From assembly GCF_048593235.1 (NCBI RefSeq), contig NC_133618.1, forward strand, positions 387,580,562 to 387,644,561: a DNA stretch of 64,000 nucleotides. Reading direction: 5' to 3'. Shown one piece after another: positions 32,901 through 46,235 of the stretch. The number at the start of each line of letters is the position of its first letter. Within the stretch, counting starts at the first letter, position 1. The translations under genes and the position numbers were made by a program. The notes beneath the pieces are model-generated. The model was given only the letters and a program-made list of their open reading frames with translations, did no database searches and was not told the DNA's origin. The stretch is from Sminthopsis crassicaudata. Taxonomy: Eukaryota.

Positions 32901-35900
32901 TGTTTCACCAAAATGATATCCAAAAGTCTCATTTCACATGGTCTTGATACATTCTTCTTTCCTTCAAGTGGTTATGATGAGTTTTGCAAACAGATTACCA
33001 AGGAAAAATTGTGGGCCATGTGTCACCATTTATTTGTTGCAGAGAATGAAATTTTTAAAAATTCTATAAATGATTTGATCCTCCAAATTAAATAGGATTA
33101 TCTAGTTCTAGTGCTGAGACTCAAGGGTCCAGAGGTCCATTTCCCCAACTCCTTATTTTTACAGATGAGGAAACCTTGACTGCCCAATGAAGTTTAGTGA
33201 CTTGTCTAAGATGACACAGCAAATAAGCAACAGAAATTGGATTTCTATCCAGGCTCTCTTATATCAGGGTCAGTTCTTTGTATCACAATGTTTCTCCTAA
33301 ATTAATATATGTATATCTTCATTATTGGTGACTTTGATATAAAAATAGGAACAGAAGCAAGATCAATGAAAATTCATGTCAGATAATTGCTTGGAATCAA
33401 GAGTAACAAAGCCAAAAGCTTATTTACTCAAAATCTATTAGTGTAGGGGTCAGTGGCATAAGATTACAAAAAACAAATAATATGTGTATAAAGGAAATAA
33501 TTACTAATTAACAACAGTCATTACAGAATCAGATCAAATATATGGGTCTAGGATTGGAAGAGACATCACAAGAGATCATTTAGTCCAAATCATTAATTTT
33601 ATGGGTAGTTTAGGGACTTAACCATGGGTTGCTAAGTGATTTGGTCTTAGATTCACACAGCTGGGATTTAAACCCAGTTCCCCTGAATCCAGAACAAACA
33701 CTTCTCTATGCCTCATTGTATCCTAAATGTCTGCTTGGTCAGAGCAAAACTCAATACATTAGCAGAAAGGATAAAAATGAGAAACCCCATGGATAGTTAC
33801 ATTAGTATCAATTTAAAGTGTTTAAACAAGATAAGAGGAAAATGACAAAAATGACACAATTACTATTTCAGAGAGAAGTTAAACTAATGTAAATAGTACT
33901 GACAAAATAGGGGGCTGAAGAAGCTCCAAAGCCACGTAAAGCAGTTAGCTCTTAGTAAAGAGATAGATATGGTAGGCAAAGACAAGTACTAGGTTAGAGA
34001 GTACAAAGTGAATTTGCAAACCATTTCAAGCTTTATCAAAACAGCAAAAATCAGCAGAGGGAAAAGACAAGTTTGTGTATGATTCCACAGGACACATGGA
34101 AATGAAGCTGGAAGGAAAATAGGTATGAAATACCTCACTGTGGTTTTATACAGATCCATTCTAACCCAGTGATGCTGATGGAAGCATCCTATTCAGCTCC
34201 AATACTCAAATTCTGAATGCACATGTGAAGAAATGGTGCATTCTAGTTTCCAGGACATTCAATTCTTGGTTGAGATTTTCCACAGTCCAAGATATTCTCT
34301 TTGCTATTCTTTGCTTTATGGTATTTTAGACATCATTACAGCTCTTCCAACTACTTGTCATCTTTGTCACTAGGACATTTTTCTCAGTGGCTTTACCTTG
34401 AGTGTTGTGGGGTTGCTATGTTCACAGGATTTTGCCCCCTGGGTATCTCTTATATTAAATTATTTCCCACCCATGTTTTTCTTTGCTCATTTTATCAGCT
34501 TAGTTAGAAAATGGATCAAGCTCTGAAAACTGAAAGATATGTGCAAAATCTGCCCTGATACCCAGTCTTGTGGCCAAACAAAAATAGGTCCCCTCCCCTT
34601 CAAGGAACTCCAGGGCTACTATGTGATTGGTGGGGGAATCTCTTGCCATAAGGCTCAAGGATCCTCCCTCCCCCCTTATACAATAATTTTGCTAGGGATC
34701 ATTCTTCCTAGCTCAGCTCTCATTCCAGGACTCATCTACTACTTAGATCCTTTCTTCTTCCTCTAGGCTTGGACTGAGGGCTCTTGCAGTCACAGATTTG
34801 CCTGAGATAATCCTTGGCTAAGCCCTTTCTCCTGAAACTGAGTTTCCTCAGGGTAGTCCTACACTTAGCTTTCCTGGATCTACTACTCTGACATATCAAG
34901 CAGCTATCAAAAGATTCCAGGGATCTTCTGTGGATTCCTGGAACAGATGGAAGAATCTACAAATGATTCCCATTTATTTTTTAAAACTAGTACATTTGTA
35001 AATACTGATCTTGTGGGGGGAAAGGGAAAGGATTTTGGCTTATGTCATAGCACACTGCTGAGATGGCAATGGTATTTAAGAAGTTCTGACACTGGAGATA
35101 TTCTGAGCTAGAAATATTACATAATTTAAAAAGTAATTCAAAGATCAAAAATTCAAACTGTGTCAAAAAATTAAAATAGAAAAGATTTTGGACAGTATGG
35201 GAGAGTAGCAACAGGCTAGAGTAATTTAAGCTTGGAATCAAGAAAGCCTGAGTTTATTAAATCCTGCCTCAGATATTATGTGACCTTGGATTAGTCATAA
35301 CTTCTCCCCATCCCTAAAATGTAAATAACAGTAGCATTTAGTTTACAGTATGATCAGGAAATTCAAGTGAAATAATGAATTAAAACTAAACACTGTTCAA
35401 ACTTGAAAAATATTATGCAAATAATCATTACAATAAAGTGCCTGAGAAAACCCTGCCAAGATAATTACCTGTCTCTTCTCTTATCAGTATAAATTATAAG
35501 CATGGTTAAGCAAACAAATCAAAATCATTCTTTATGAAAATACAAAAATGGAACTGGCAAGATTTTTAAAAGATAATTTTCTTATGACAAAACATCTTTC
35601 ACAGCTTCGAGTTATAGATATTCTAACAGATCTCAGTGTGGCTTTTGTTGATTTGGTTAAAATAATGTTACCTTAAAAAAAAAAAAAAAAGCTCTCCTTA
35701 AAACATCTTCCACACATGTTAAAATCATAAAGAATTCTATGGCAAATGCAACTTCAGAGTACTTTGGTTCAATGATACAGCGAGTATGTTATATATCATC
35801 ATTATCTAAGGTAAAAAAGGCTATGATCATTTAGGGTATTTGCCAATATCACAGAAGAGAGCTAGCTATATATAATGAACAATACAGGGCCTTCTCACTA

Positions 35901-38092
35901 AGAAAATCATTTGAAAAAGTCAAAGCTTTTATTTGAAACCTTTTAAAATATTAATAAGTTAGTCTAGTCATCCATGCTTTTAAAAAAGAGGCTAAAACAT
36001 GCATGTTGGTCAGATTTGACAAATGGTGTATGTATGAATAGTCCATTAAGTAAGTCCATGTATATAAATGTGTGTGCATGACAGGTGTGTAGATGAATCC
36101 CAGGATGGCCTCAGAAAAGAAGAAGAATTTGGACCATATTTAAATGGTCCACCAGCATGCGTCAATGATCTCAATTTAGCTTAGTTGTCATGAAATAAAC
36201 TATCTTTGAAAAAAAAAAGTTTTTAAACAATTAATACTCTGCAAGTGAGTCATACTATATGGCTGTGAATCAATAACACTATGATCTCAAAAAGAATTAA
36301 AGTTACAGGAATGTATAGTTTAAGAAAGCTAAAACATTACCAATGAAGATGTGCACAGAGTTACAATAAAAGGCATTACACCAAGGATGTGGATTAAAAT
36401 AAGAGGTTAGATCTGTCAATATAGAAAGGTATAAATTCATCACTTGAAATATGTATTTTAAAAATTAGTTGTCATTTATTTTTGAAGGCTTCGCTATCTG
36501 AAATATTAAAACAATCTTTAAAAATCTTCAATGAGTTGGATAGATCCTTTAAAGACTATATAAAAACATAGACAAGAATTACATAAGATTAAAAAAAAGA
36601 GGGTTATGATCTGCATTGTGAAGGGAATATCTCATACTACTGAAGATCCCAAATCCATTACAGCATCATATTATATCTTTTGGACAATCATTTCAATTTA
36701 ACTGACTTTCTGCTTTCTATTTACTTACCTGGGCCAAAAACTTAGACAGCACTGTTCCCCAGCAGCCTGTGTGTCCAGGGGGGAGTGGTGAGCAAGGAAG
36801 AAACCTATTCCCGTATCCCCTGCACGCCAGTGTGGTCATACAGTATTATACCTAGTCTGATGGGAGGGAAGAGGGTGTCTCACAAACACTCAATTTCATG
36901 CATCACAACACATATCTTTACCAGCCAATCACAGCTCTAGGCAACATAACATCACAAAGCAAGGATATGATGTAATAATAATACTTGGGTATTATTGAGT
37001 TGGCTGTGTATCTGTACAGGGATGCATAACTTCTAGAGACAGTTGTGATTTAAGAAGAAAGAATACCAGATTTGTAGTCAGATCTGGGTTTAAATCTTGG
37101 CTTTGCTGTTTACTAAAGGTATGACCTCAGACAATCACCTAACCTTATAAGGTGCCCTGTTTCCTCATTTATAAAATGGGGATTAAAATATCTGTAATGC
37201 CAGTTTCAAGGGTGTTATGATCATATGTCAACAAGTCAATAAAGCTTTATTAAGTATCTTGTGTCAAACACTATATTCATAAGGTATTAACATAAAGCAC
37301 TTTGCAAACATGTTGGTTATAGTAAAAACTGCATCCTCTCTAGTTACTGTTTGAATTTCTATACATGTTCTTGAGATGAAAGGAAATCCACTCATTAATA
37401 TCCAAGGCACAATTTACTGATGTTTCCAGTCTACCAGCCTCCTACCAAAAAAAATTAATATGTTTTATAGTGACCTTCTCCTATTTTCTTTAAATAATGG
37501 GTACTATGAATATCCCTTACACAGCTGTATCTTAGTAGAGTCCAGTCATACTATGTACTATATTTTTAGAGCAAGACTTTCCTCAATATTGGCCCATTGG
37601 GAATGAGTCCAAATTCTCTGAATAAGGGAGTTGGGATGACATTGATTTACTGATGTTAAATATAGTTTTGATGTGCAGATAGGTTGCAAATGACTAATGA
37701 GCTACAGCAGCTGCTAGTTGATAGAAAAACTCAATAAAGAATAGGTGATTCTACTAATACTGATAGTGCTTTATTAAAAACAAAACAAAACAAAAACAAA
37801 ACAGCCAATAAAGGATAATTGAATTGAAAGTCAGTAAGTTCTTTACTCTAAGTGCCACCAAAAGGTGCCTAAAAATGCCAAAAAGAAAGAAAAAAGGGAG
37901 TACGGAGAATAAAAAACATTAAATGTAGAGCCATTAATTATTTCTATGAATGCCTTTTTTATTTTCCTTTATTAAAATGTACTTCATCCCTAAGAACTTA
38001 GTGTGTTCCAGATGCAACCAATCAAGATGAAAGTGACTAGATTTTTCAAAACTTTTATCCTACAATATATACCACATGTGTATATATGACTA

Positions 38093-38710
38093 CAGTCATC
38101 CCTAAACTTTCACCAATTTCACATTGATTATTCAGGAGTTAGCCATGGATAATCAAATGAAATTTTTTGGAGATTTGCATATACTGCAAAAAAAATCAAA
38201 GGCAAAATATATATGTAAGGAAAACAAAATTTAGTAAGTTATAAATACATAAAATATTGTATATTATTCATCTATTTCATAATTTACTATCATAAATATA
38301 CATACATACAATTTATTGTAAACAGTTAAGTTTTTAAGTTTCAGTATACTGAAGAACCATGAGCTACCCACTTTGGGAATGCCCTCTCTTTGTCTCTACC
38401 ATCCAGTCTTGGTCACATGATTTTCTCCCACTGTGATCCTTGTATCTTGCCCTTTTCATAGAAGGAAATCATGAAGCAGCTGCTACAGCTATATTGTGGT
38501 TCTGCATAATGCAGAAGATACTAATCTCTATCTAGTAGAATCTGCAACATTTTTATAGGTGCAATGTATTATTTATTTATTTTTTTGTTAAATAAACATG
38601 ATCAGAATGATTAAAAATAAAGGTTTGGGTGGGGCCTCAGTTATTCATAGTTTTCCACATTTGCTGGGGTCCTGCACCTTTAACCCTAGTGAATGTCGAG
38701 GGACAACTAC
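38093..38710. mobile_element. Non-autonomous TcMar-Tigger-like DNA transposon
   Basis: TA then CAGTCATCCCT at the left end and CGAGGGACAACTA at the right end: degenerate terminal inverted repeats. Confidence 0.55.
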
Positions 38711-41700
38711 TTGTGTAAAGGAAGCAATGGAAACAAACAATATAAAGGCAACAACACTAAAAAGGCAGTCAAACTGATTAAATATAATGACCAATCTCAG
38801 ACATCCAAAAGATCACAATGATCATCTTCTCAATATAGAAGTCTAAAGATGTAGATGTAATCTCTGTGTCAATTACTTTTTCTTTTATGTATTTTTTTTA
38901 ATTATGAGGGAGAATTCAGTAAAAGAAAAAATGATTATGGTATGAAAACAAAAGGCAACAGTAAAAAAAAAAAACTACTAAAGGAAGATTAAAACTTTAA
39001 AAAATCAACTTTGAGCTGATTTGGTCTTTGTGAACTTCACTTCAACCAGGTAATTATGTTGAGAGCATTCATAACTTTAATTCCAAACATTTTACAGAGG
39101 CATATCCCAATGGCACAATCAATTTTTAAAGAACGGGCAAACAGTTACTAATAGTATTTCTTTGCTAGAATAAATACAATGCAGGCTTAAAAATCTTAAA
39201 CCAACAGTAATGCTACTCTCAGAAAACAAAATGCTTAGATGCTAAGTTGGCATATTAAACAAACAGTGAGTCTAAAGCAAATTCAAAACAAACTACAGTT
39301 CCTGGAAAGTGTTATGAGCATGCATAGACAAAGAGTTTTGATGTTCAGCCATAGTTTTAATGAAAGAATACGTTTATGTGTTTAGGGTACATTCCCATAA
39401 TAGTCACTGAGGAAGTATTTTTTTTTTTGTTTTTTTGTTTTTTTGACCATTTTGTTTCATGACCATTAAAATAGACTTATCTCAGCTGCTGAATGCTTCT
39501 CACATATTTGTATGTCTAGGATTCAGTGCAATTCCCCACAGGTCAAGAAACAAAAGCCTTATTCAGTGACACTCCTCACCTGGTCCCTTCTATCAAGCAG
39601 GTGATCATGAGCAAAGTCAGTAGGTCTTAGTTTTGGTCTCATAGACACTTTTTCAGCAAAGGTGACTTTTCTCTTTCCAAGAGGTGAATTCCTCTGGAAT
39701 CAAGAAAAATGTTCCTTTGCTCCCCCCATTATTCAGCACAGAGCATAAAGAGGCACATATATTCCACTCATAAATTTATCACAATAGACTCCACCTTAAC
39801 CAAGTACATTTCAACCTGCCTACAAGTCTTAAACCTACAATAATTTACAGGGAAACAGTACACAGAACTTTCTGTCCTGCCATGAAACAGCATGATCCTC
39901 ACCTGCAATATTAATATTGTTTAGGGACTACTCCAAAGATATTAGCAGACACTTTCATGCATGTGGCTTAACTAAAATACAAACAGGGAAATTTTCATGT
40001 AACAATGTACTGGGTATTACCAGTAATGGATCAAAACAAAAAAACAACTACTCCCCTGGGAAAAATCAAATGCAATGAGTTGCTCTACTAAGAAATGTAA
40101 CTCTTACCAGTGCTATAAAAACATATATGCTCTCTGGTATGTAATGCGCACTAACATTGCCTTTATTCAACAATTTCAAAAATAATTAATCTCTGACTCC
40201 ATCAAATAAATGTCTGTTATTCATAAGCATTTAGAGCATGTCCTTCCTTGTTATTGATTTCTAGGAGAAATCAGAAAAAAAAAAAGAGAACTTTAGTTTC
40301 AAGAAAGCTCAGCTTTCTACAAACCTTGAATGGATACAAATTTTGAAGTGCAGATCTTTCTTAAAGAATTGCCAAGGGCTTTCAAAGAACACCCCAAAAT
40401 ACCAAGTGGGAGCCTGAGGTTATGTCCTTCAAGTAAACAGGAAACTACTTGACTTTTTAAAGTACAACTCAGCAGTATCTGAAAGTTTATTCTCACCCTT
40501 TTTCTGGGCATTCTTCAATTCCTCAGAGACCAAAGCCCTATAACCCAAATTTATTCTTTGATGAATTCATCAGCATTGCTGGAACATAGAAAAAGAAAAC
40601 TTTAGCTTTGGAAGAGCCAGCATCGAACATCTCTTTCCATTTCTAAAAACAGAAGATCACCAAATGGGAATATTGGTCCTGGTCCTGAGAAGGAAGGAAT
40701 TCAGTCTTCTTATTGAGCATTTTAACAAAGATAAGGAACCAAATGACAAAATGCAATGAAGTGCTCTTGTGAAGAGAAGCTCTGTTGATTAAAGTTAAGC
40801 TGAGAAATGATGCTGAAGTAAGAGCCATTACAAATGCCATACAGATTTTAAGATTTTAAGGGAATACTCTTCCATTCTTTCAATCCAAGTCTGCATCACC
40901 TCAGTTTACATTCCATGTTCTTTTTACCTCTCTGTTCTCAAATTTTTGCTAATTGGTAACTTTTCCATTTCAATCTTAACTCTCATACCCCTAAAGGAGG
41001 CAGAGAAACTAAATTTGAATATTATGTCATATAAAGTGAAAAAACCTAAGAAAGGGAACTTTCACCATGTGCTTATCTGTACTGACATAAGCAAGAACAC
41101 ATAGGATCATAGACTGAGTATTAGAAAAAACCTTTGAAGTCATTTTAGAGATGAAGTACCTGAGATCCAGAGATATCCTATTCTTTCAGAGCAACACGAG
41201 TCAATTCTAAATTAACTAGGAGTAAATCTATGAAATGTCCAGGACCGAAAGCATTTCCATCTTTGGTCTCTGGCCTATTGCTGAGTTTTTGGCAATGTTA
41301 TAGTAGATTGAAATGTAAAGCAAAGTAGAAAGTAGAATAAAATTCAAATCAGACGAAACTCAAATCAGGTAGTATTGTAAATATCAGAAGATCTTAATAA
41401 TGGGGATCAAAACTACTAACTACAATAAGTTTTAAATTATCTCTGTGTAATTTTTCAACAATTTTTAACAGTGATAATAGGACATTTATTTAGTGTTTTA
41501 CAATTTACAAAGTGCTTTTCATATATTATCTCATTTTATTTCCTGTAAGCATGTCCTTATGGCCATAGAATAATGAATTCACTTTAAATGTGTTCTGCTT
41601 AGTAATTTGATGATGAAATAACCACTAACTGATGAAATGTACTATTTGCTGTAGGGACTATAAATAACTAAAGCTACAGAGCTTGTGTGTGGCATGGGAC

Positions 41701-42067
41701 TAAATGGTGGCTGTTTATTTCTAGATGATATACTTACCCACCGATAAGAAAATATGTTTTGGTTCTACTTGGAACAGAATCCCCAGAGAGTAGTCAGGAA
41801 TGCTGTGGTACTAGTGCTAAATCAAATACTTATACCTATGAAATCATTTAGTTGAACTGTCACTGGTCTTTGGAGTCAAACCACACCAAGGATTATGAGG
41901 TTGGAAATTGTCTCCATGGTTCAACTGTTTTCAGCTCTATCCCACTTGAGTTTTAGAAGCCATAAAATTTTTGATTTTCTAATTTTCTTTTATAAAATGG
42001 AATTAGTAACATAAATAGGAACAATGAAGAAAAATTCATGCCCTTGTGTAATATGTCTAGGATTCCT

Positions 42068-42192
42068 TCATCCACCTTTATGGAGGCCAATAAGATTGGA
42101 TAATTTTTCACAGTTTTCAAGTTTCAATGACTCTGCTTTTTGTTTCAAGCGTTCATCTCGGTACAATCTGGCCAAGTTTGTCAAGTCTGATT
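42068..42192 (-). CDS. DNAJC18: DNAJC18 exon 8 (last coding exon)
   Basis: ttttcag acceptor; (K)[40 protein letters not shown]. Confidence 0.96.
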
Positions 42193-43505
42193 CTGAAAAG
42201 TGAAAGAGAGAATCAGTTAAGAACTTACTTTAGTTTTCACTACATTAAGATCAATTTGTATTTTAATAAACTATTTTTCCCCTAAGGTTTTGCTTGTGGT
42301 TTTGGATCCTGGGTCAGAAGAGCAACGAACTTAGTTCTCATCAATCTAACATTTGGTATCTGACTTATGGAACTTACATATGTGTAGCAAAAGAATATAT
42401 TTAAAATTATATTCTCCAATGTTACTCAGATAACAATCTGAAAGAGAACAATGGCTTGCTATCCCTGTCTTACTGTCTGATACAAAGAAAGTTGCTTTAT
42501 TCCTTCCCCTATTTTTTTGGGGAGGGGGGGAGAGAGATTGATTTTAAATTATATACTAATTGATAGAGAACCATTATCAAGCAAACAAAAAGGGCCAGGG
42601 ACTACTGGAGACATTTTTCACTTTTCTTTATTTGTAGGGTACACAACTCATACTGTAACTTTTGGTTGCTTGGTTAAATGACTCAGATTTTCTTCAGATG
42701 TTAGTGAAGGCAGCTCTGTGGAAAACTAGATTATGTTCTTAGCTGTGTTCCATGACTTGGTGTTTAGGTTAAATCCAATTTTCACAATTTCTCCAAGTTT
42801 CTGAGATGTGTTTTTAGGATAGAATTCTTGAAGAGAATCTCTGAGAAAGGGTTGGTGAGGTGCAATCCAATCTCTTCATGCCAGATGGATAGCTTCTGAA
42901 ATAAAGTAGCTATAATTGATATGTTTAAAGGACAACCTTGTAAAAATCCTATCTTAGTCACTTTGAAATAAATCTATTCCATTTTAGTCTTACTATTGAA
43001 AGATTGGCTTCTCTCTGTGAAAAACAGGTACCAGTCTAATTAATCAACAAATTGTTAGGAACAGGAATACATATGTTAAAACAAAGGGGCTAAATAGACA
43101 AAGGGGGCATTGAGCACTGACTTTTAAACAAGTTTTCATAAACACAAGAACACTGTGTAGCACTTCTGCTCACACAATAGCTGAGGACAACCCAAAGCAT
43201 TGATTAGGTATAAGACTTGAGGGTGACAGGTAGACAATATATGGCAAGCTTCCTTCCATGACAATTAGTTCAGATCATAGGATCCAGAAGTCCTTACATG
43301 AATCAAACTCAGGTAGTTGTTTGACATATAATTATATCTCCCAGGTTAAAAAACAATGGGTTCCAGAGGCCTATTCTGTTTAGTTGGCATGAGTGGCCAT
43401 CAGACTAAGTTTGTCTTGATACACTAACTCTTGTGGGTGACAGACCTTCAAGGAAAATTATTTAGCTCTATTAATTAATATGCTCTTGCTAAGATTCTCT
43501 TCACA

Positions 43506-43690
43506 GTCAAATGTTGATTACATTCTTTTTTTTTTTTTTTTTTTTTTTTCAATTTGCTGAGGCAATCAAGGGTATGTGACTTGCCCAGGGTTACCCAGCT
43601 GAGAATGTTAAGTGTCTGAATCCAGATTTGAACTCAGGTCCTCCTGACTTCAGGGCTGGTGCTCTTATCCACTGTGCCACCTAGCTGCCT
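43506..43690 (-). mobile_element. WSINE1-like SINE
   Basis: T-tail plus reverse-complement WSINE body. Confidence 0.8.
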
Positions 43691-46062
43691 CTGTTGACTA
43701 CATTTTTTTGACATCTGCAATGTGTGCAAAGAACATTCAGGATGTCATTGTTGAACTCACCTAGACCTTTGGTTCTTTTGGATTGGAGGTATGTTTGATG
43801 AAGTCTTGGACAATTAGAAGGAACACAGAGTTACCTGAATTGAAAACAGGCTCTTTTGTTGCTGTTTAATCTCTACTCAATTTCCTTGAGTTTTTTATTT
43901 ACTTGGCTTGACTCGATTGTTCTAGAGAAGATCAATGGGCTGCTCCTAATAATCTAGGGTCCAAAGTTTTATATGAAGGCCAAATTCACAATGCTCCTGC
44001 TCAGTTATAATAGTTAGAGAAACTTTTCCCCAAACTATTCTTAGCCCATCTATAAGCAAAAAGCTGGCATAATGATTGAGCTAAATTTTAAGCAACTCCT
44101 TTTAAAACAATGGAAAGAGAGCAGGTCTAAGATATTATCTTTTAAATTCTGGAATCACAATCTTCTTAATTCTCTCATTATGTTTATCTCATCCTGACAC
44201 AAACAGTTGGGTAACCAATACATAGGATATTTGATAGAATTTAAAGGCAAATTGACTTCTCCTCTGGTTAACAGACAAGAGAAGTAAGTCATTGCCTCAA
44301 CTCCCAAGAATGCTCTGGTTTCAGTTTTTAGATTTAGGGGCTGACAAATCTGGTGGACCTTGGCCACTCTTAGCTGTCATGGTGACATATCTGATGAGGT
44401 TAGGTTGTCTGAGAACCCAGATTCAGATCACAGTGAGTACCAAATCTGTACACTCCATTAGGAAATAAATAGGGAGGATTATGGCTATATAGTTCAGGAC
44501 TCCAGGTTTTCAGCTCTACTTAGGAAAAGTGAACAAGACTAAGTTTCCTGCACAATCATTCAGTTCTGTTGGTTTTACTTTTTTTTTTTTAAATGATTCA
44601 TTCAGGTAAAAATTAAAAAAAAATAAAGATGATAAAATTAAACAAGAGGCCAAACAGCCATAGCAAGTGATTATTCAGGAGTCCAAAGATGAGCCACACT
44701 TGAGTTAAACATTTTAAGGAATAGTTGAGAAAATGACTAAAAGGTTATAAAAGACAATAGCTAACTCTGCCCAAAAGTTTCCACAGAACACTTTGCCAAT
44801 AGCAAACTTTTTTCTGAAGTTGCTTTATTTTTGTAATCTCTATGGTGCTAAATTTAACCAACTCAGCTGTACTTACTGCTGGAGCAGTGGAACAGTTGCT
44901 GATTGTTCATAAATAGCTTTGCATTTCCTGCAGTGGCTCTAGGCAGCAACCATTCCCAAATACTAGAAATAGATCTTTAAAGGTGTGTGGGTCAATTAGA
45001 TCTTACTGTAACTCACAGGCAAACACACCAATCCCCTGGATTTTGCCTGCACTTGGTGAGGGCAGAGCTATCACATGTGATCTCACTAGGCCTAGCAGGG
45101 GTGGTATTACAATGACTTCTTTCATCTACTGACAAGAACATTGTATGATTTTTTTTTTTTTTTTGGCAACAGGAATAAAAAGAAGGATAAAGGGAAGAAA
45201 AAGTATTTTGTTCTGTTTCTGCAGAAGGAATACAATGAATCTGAAAGGCAGAGTGGTAGAGTAGAAAGTGCAGTGGGGTCAAGTGGGGTTAAGTTTCTTA
45301 AGAAATGAATGCTAAGAATGAACCAAAAAATCAGATAAACTTAGGGTTAGATAAGAAAGAGTTTATGTAGTTCAACCTCTCAAGTTTATAAAAACGTAAG
45401 TCTTAAAAGGATTAAGGCAAGGAAGAGAGAAAGGTAAGATAAGAAGCATCTGTGAGGTACATATTCACTTATGACAGTGAATGGGATGTGAACAGATAGG
45501 CAAATTCATTTACCCTTTCTGAGCCTTAGTTTCCTCACCTAAAAAATAAGGATGACAATAATATTTGCCCTTTCTACTTCACAGCAATGTTATAGGAAAA
45601 GTGCTTTGTAAATTTTAAAGCTGATGTCATAATTTAAAATTATCTCAAGATGCCAACAAAGTATTAAACATACTTATAAGCATGTTAATTTTCTCTTTGT
45701 TTAAATAAATCAATATTTTTTCCATCTCAGGCCTAAGGGACCTCTATCTTCTTTTAAAGTCCTTTCCATCTTTTCAGACTTACAAATTCAGTTCTAAGAA
45801 TTGAAGATATGACTTCTGCCTGTGGTTTAACACTACTACCTTAACCCCTTAACATCTGATCCACCACTGTGTTGGTTTGTTTTGCTAGCTGACCTTAAAA
45901 TCAAGTGACTTATCATCTGCCTTCTTCAAATGGGGGAAAAGGGGCAAGAAGGAATGTAAAAAGACTGAGAAGAAAGCTTATTAGTTCATGATGCTGTGCT
46001 GAGGAAATGTTTGTAGAGATGGTCAATAATCCCTTCCCCCCATTCCATCCACCCCATCTTAC

Positions 46063-46235
46063 TTTGTTGTTTTTCCTTCCAACAACTTGACTGGATATAA
46101 TCTATATAATCCTTTTCTACAGTCTTCTCCAAATCACGCAGTGATGGACCTTTATAGTTTTTTTCAAAGTGTTTATCAACAAAATAAGGCACCTGTAGAT
46201 TCTCTGTTTCTCTGGAAATAGTGTGCCCCATGGAT
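46063..46235 (-). CDS. DNAJC18: DNAJC18 exon 7 (DUF1977 region)
   Basis: [23 protein letters not shown]...[13 protein letters not shown]; 173 nt; GTAAGA donor. Confidence 0.96.

Noticed and set aside
36722-36732. TACTTACCTGG, identical to the U1 snRNA 5' end
   Set aside because: No further U1 sequence follows; it is simply the complement of a consensus splice donor.
40653-40817. Plus-strand 165-nt exon-like segment
   Set aside because: Donor GAA|GTAAGA is weaker, all frames are closed and no partner exons were found.
41588-41700. Possible C/D box snoRNA (ATGATGA ... CTGA)
   Set aside because: No terminal D box at suitable distance and no terminal stem.
15296-44460. Shared 14-mer CTGTACACTCCATT near 15296 and 44447
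   Set aside because: Flanks do not align; a single 14-mer match in 64 kb is compatible with chance.
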